Source: Sulfolobus acidocaldarius DSM 639 (GTDB lineage Archaea; Thermoproteota; Thermoprotei_A; Sulfolobales; Sulfolobaceae). From it: DNA of 32,000 bases. This document shows, piece by piece, positions 29,685-32,000 of the stretch. The DNA lies in NCBI RefSeq assembly GCF_000012285.1, contig NC_007181.1, positions 570,001 to 602,000 on the forward strand. The letters are read 5' to 3'. Both the position numbers and the translations under genes were made by a program. Each line of letters starts with the position of its first letter. Within the stretch, counting starts at the first letter, position 1. Below the pieces are notes generated by a model. The model ran no database searches. It was not told the origin of the DNA and worked only from the letters and a program-made list of their open reading frames with translations.

Positions 29685-30092
29685 TACAGATTGTAGTGCT
29701 GCCTTTATTCTATTGTAAAGCAGTTCATCTTTAATACTGTCTATAGTTATCTCTTTTAATTCGTCTTTCTCGAAAGTGATATTATATTCTATTTTATTTT
29801 TGTTTTTTTCGTTCTCAAGAATCTTATTAATTACGTTAGCATATATTCGATTAACAGTTATCTTACCCTTGAACACAACTCTAACTAAAGGTGGAGTATA
29901 GTATATCTCAGCTATTATTTCTCCCTTAGTATTTTTTATAATATCAGCAATTCCTCTGTTTACCTTGATTGTATTTTTATATCCTTCTGTTTCCAACAGA
30001 CTTAAAAGATACTCATAATATTCTAATTCTTTTTTCAATTCAGTTATTTTATTTTCTAGAAATTTTTTTAGTTCTTCAATGTTTGTACTCAC
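29664..30092 (-). CDS. Hypothetical coiled-coil protein (142 aa)
   Basis: It has an N-terminal heptad-like 'IEELKKFLENKITELKKELEYYEYLLSLLE'. It is convergent with the ATPase 3' end and overlaps it by 21 nt. Confidence 0.4.
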   Translation of the reverse strand: MSTNIEELKKFLENKITELKKELEYYEYLLSLLETEGYKNTIKVNRGIADIIKNTKGEIIAEIYYTPPLVRVVFKGKITVNRIYANVINKILENEKNKNKIEYNITFEKDELKEITIDSIKDELLYNRIKAALQSVLERISH

Positions 30093-30152
30093 ACTATTAA
30101 TATTATTTAGGAGTAGAAATGTTTAAAACCAATATTACTTTTTGAGTTATGA

Positions 30153-31205
30153 ATGATAAGAGTAGCAGTTATTGGTGGATCAGGGTATACAGGTGGAGAA
30201 TTATTAAGGCTATTAGCTATGCATAACAAAGTAGAAGTAACCTATATAACATCCAGGGAATATGCAGGTAAACCGATATCAATTATTCATCCAAACCTAA
30301 GAGGATTTTATAATATCAATTTTTCACAGTTTTCATGGGATAAAATAGGAGAAAAAGCCGAGGCCGTATTTTTAGCCTTACCTCATAAAGTTTCTGTAGA
30401 TTATGTACCTAAACTTTTGGAAATGGGACTACAGGTAGTGGATTTAAGTGCTGATTTCAGATTGAAAAATCCAGAATTATATAAATTATGGTATGAGTTT
30501 GACCATCCGTATCCTGATTTATTAAAAAAGGCTGTCTATGGAATCCCAGAGATACACTATGAGGAATTAAAAGGGGCAAAATTAATAGCTTCACCTGGTT
30601 GCAATTCCACAGCTACTATACTTGCAGCAGCGCCATTAGTATATAGTAATATATTAGATAACTATAGGTTGATTAGTGACGTAAAGGTTGGTAGTAGCGA
30701 AGGAGGGGCAAAACCTAGCGAAGGAAGTCACCATCCGGAAAGACAGAATGCTATAAGGCCCTATGAAGCTGAGGGGCATAGACATGCTGCAGAAGTTGAG
30801 CAAGAGTTACAGTATATATCGAAAAAAGAAGTAAAAATAAGTTTAGTACCTCATGCTGTTAGCACAATTAGAGGTGCACTTGCGTCTGTACATGGTTGGC
30901 TTATTTCGGATGATCTCAACGAGATTGAATTTTGGAAAAAAATTATTGAATTTTATAGAGGTAGAAAATTCGTTAGAGTAATCAGAGGCAATATACATCC
31001 ATACCCAGATCCAAAATATGTGATTGGAAGTAACTTCGTAGATATTGGATTCGCAGTAGAGAAGAGAGTAGGTAGAATAACTATGTTTTCAGCAATAGAC
31101 AATCTTATGAAAGGAGCTGCAGGTCAGGCAGTTCAAGCTTTTAATGTTTCAAGAGGTTTCGAAGAAGACGAAGGTTTAAGAATTCCTCCATTGAGGCCTG
31201 CTTAA
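30153..31205 (+). CDS. lysY: [LysW]-aminoadipate/glutamate semialdehyde-forming reductase (LysY/ArgC, N-acetyl-gamma-glutamyl-phosphate reductase family)
   Basis: It has 'VAVIGGSGYTGGELLRLL', the active-site 'SPGCNSTA' and 'DNLMKGAAGQAVQ'. Confidence 0.9.
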   Translation: MIRVAVIGGSGYTGGELLRLLAMHNKVEVTYITSREYAGKPISIIHPNLRGFYNINFSQFSWDKIGEKAEAVFLALPHKVSVDYVPKLLEMGLQVVDLSADFRLKNPELYKLWYEFDHPYPDLLKKAVYGIPEIHYEELKGAKLIASPGCNSTATILAAAPLVYSNILDNYRLISDVKVGSSEGGAKPSEGSHHPERQNAIRPYEAEGHRHAAEVEQELQYISKKEVKISLVPHAVSTIRGALASVHGWLISDDLNEIEFWKKIIEFYRGRKFVRVIRGNIHPYPDPKYVIGSNFVDIGFAVEKRVGRITMFSAIDNLMKGAAGQAVQAFNVSRGFEEDEGLRIPPLRPA

Positions 31206-31206
31206 T

Positions 31207-31992
31207 ATGATAGTAGTAAAAACCGGCGGTAGGGTTTTAAAACAAAATTTGGATAGAGTAGTTCAAAGTATAATAAAGACAAACAACAAAATAATATACG
31301 TTCATGGAGGAGGGGATCAGGTAACAGAATTATCTAGTAAGCTGGGAATAGAACCTAAATTTGTCACCTCACCAGAAGGAATAAGAAGTAGATATACCAC
31401 TAAGGAAGAGTTAGAAGTATTCATTATGGTTATGAGTTCGATTTCCAGGAATATATTGAGTAGGGTTTCCAGCTATCGTAATAGCATAGCCTTAACTGGT
31501 GCAGATGGAAAATTAGTGTTAGCAGAGAGAAAGAAAAAGATTATTGTTATAGATGAAAGAGGAAGAAAGAGAATAATTGACGGTGGATATACTGGAAAAA
31601 TTAAAAACATAAACAAAGAATTATTAGTAACATTTAGCAATTTATTTGAGGTAATAATATTATCACCATTGGCATATGATCCTGACGAATCTACATTACT
31701 AAATGTGGATGGGGATCAGATGGCGTTTGCTCTTGCTACAGCATTGAGATCCGATAACCTGATATTATTGACTGATGTGGAAGGTGTGATGGTTGATAAC
31801 AAAGTTGTTAATAAGTTAACAGTGGAAGAGGCTAAGGAATTATCTAAAAAAATAGGACCAGGTATGAATAGAAAAATATTAATGGCAGCAGAAGCAATAG
31901 AGAATGGAGTTAAGAAAGTGATAATATCATCTGGATTAGTAGAAGATCCAATTAAGAATGCATTAGAAGGAAAAGGCACGGTGATTGAATAA
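31207..31992 (+). CDS. lysZ: [LysW]-aminoadipate/glutamate kinase (LysZ/ArgB, amino-acid kinase family)
   Basis: It has 'VVKTGGRVL', 'VHGGGDQV' and 'NVDGDQMA'. It starts 2 nt after the lysY stop. Confidence 0.9.
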   Translation: MIVVKTGGRVLKQNLDRVVQSIIKTNNKIIYVHGGGDQVTELSSKLGIEPKFVTSPEGIRSRYTTKEELEVFIMVMSSISRNILSRVSSYRNSIALTGADGKLVLAERKKKIIVIDERGRKRIIDGGYTGKIKNINKELLVTFSNLFEVIILSPLAYDPDESTLLNVDGDQMAFALATALRSDNLILLTDVEGVMVDNKVVNKLTVEEAKELSKKIGPGMNRKILMAAEAIENGVKKVIISSGLVEDPIKNALEGKGTVIE

Positions 31993-32000
31993 TGGCAGAC

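Overview
This is an AT-rich crenarchaeal chromosome segment. Sampled 60-nt lines are about 30% GC. Gene content and order are typical of Sulfolobaceae, and from memory the order cdc6-1 ... cedB-like ATPase ... lysY/lysZ matches Sulfolobus acidocaldarius. Core content: pheA, threonine dehydratase, a HIT protein, radA, a Nop2/Sun methyltransferase with a NIP7-like PUA protein, CYTH, a DUF62 SAM hydrolase, NMNAT, DUF99, and orc1/cdc6. The orc1/cdc6 gene abuts an oriC1-type origin with three ORB boxes around an AT-rich stretch. Further core genes are tRNA-Ala(GGC), an MFS transporter, SWIM and Elf1-like zinc proteins, GGGP synthase, Sec61beta, RNase P RNA, Tsr3, TiaS, two ABC-2 exporter sets, tRNA-Val(CAC), a PfkB kinase, a SIS isomerase, and lysY/lysZ. 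Accessory or unusual content, in order of interest: (1) A roughly 2.8 kb GC-rich island (sampled lines about 58% GC) sits directly 3' of tRNA-Ala beside the origin. It carries an orphan 561-aa membrane-anchored Cys-rich protein and a decayed TnpB-like remnant, and is bracketed by a rare C6GG-containing 20-bp direct repeat. (2) An unannotated Cys/Gly/Ala-rich micro-ORF with TATA and SD signals but no canonical start heads a five-gene overlapping operon: unknown protein, ABC-2 permease, ATPase, membrane protein, PadR-like regulator. (3) A solitary SSV-type integrase N-terminal fragment reads into tRNA-Val. (4) A membrane-anchored VirB4/HerA-type ATPase resembles CedB. (5) A Cys/His protein with a poly-Glu tail is translationally coupled to the PfkB kinase. 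(6) Two conserved genes (pheA, tiaS) have conserved N-termini that lie upstream of any ATG/GTG/TTG. No CRISPR array, rRNA or intact IS/integrase was seen. All homology calls are from motif recognition by eye, not from searches.
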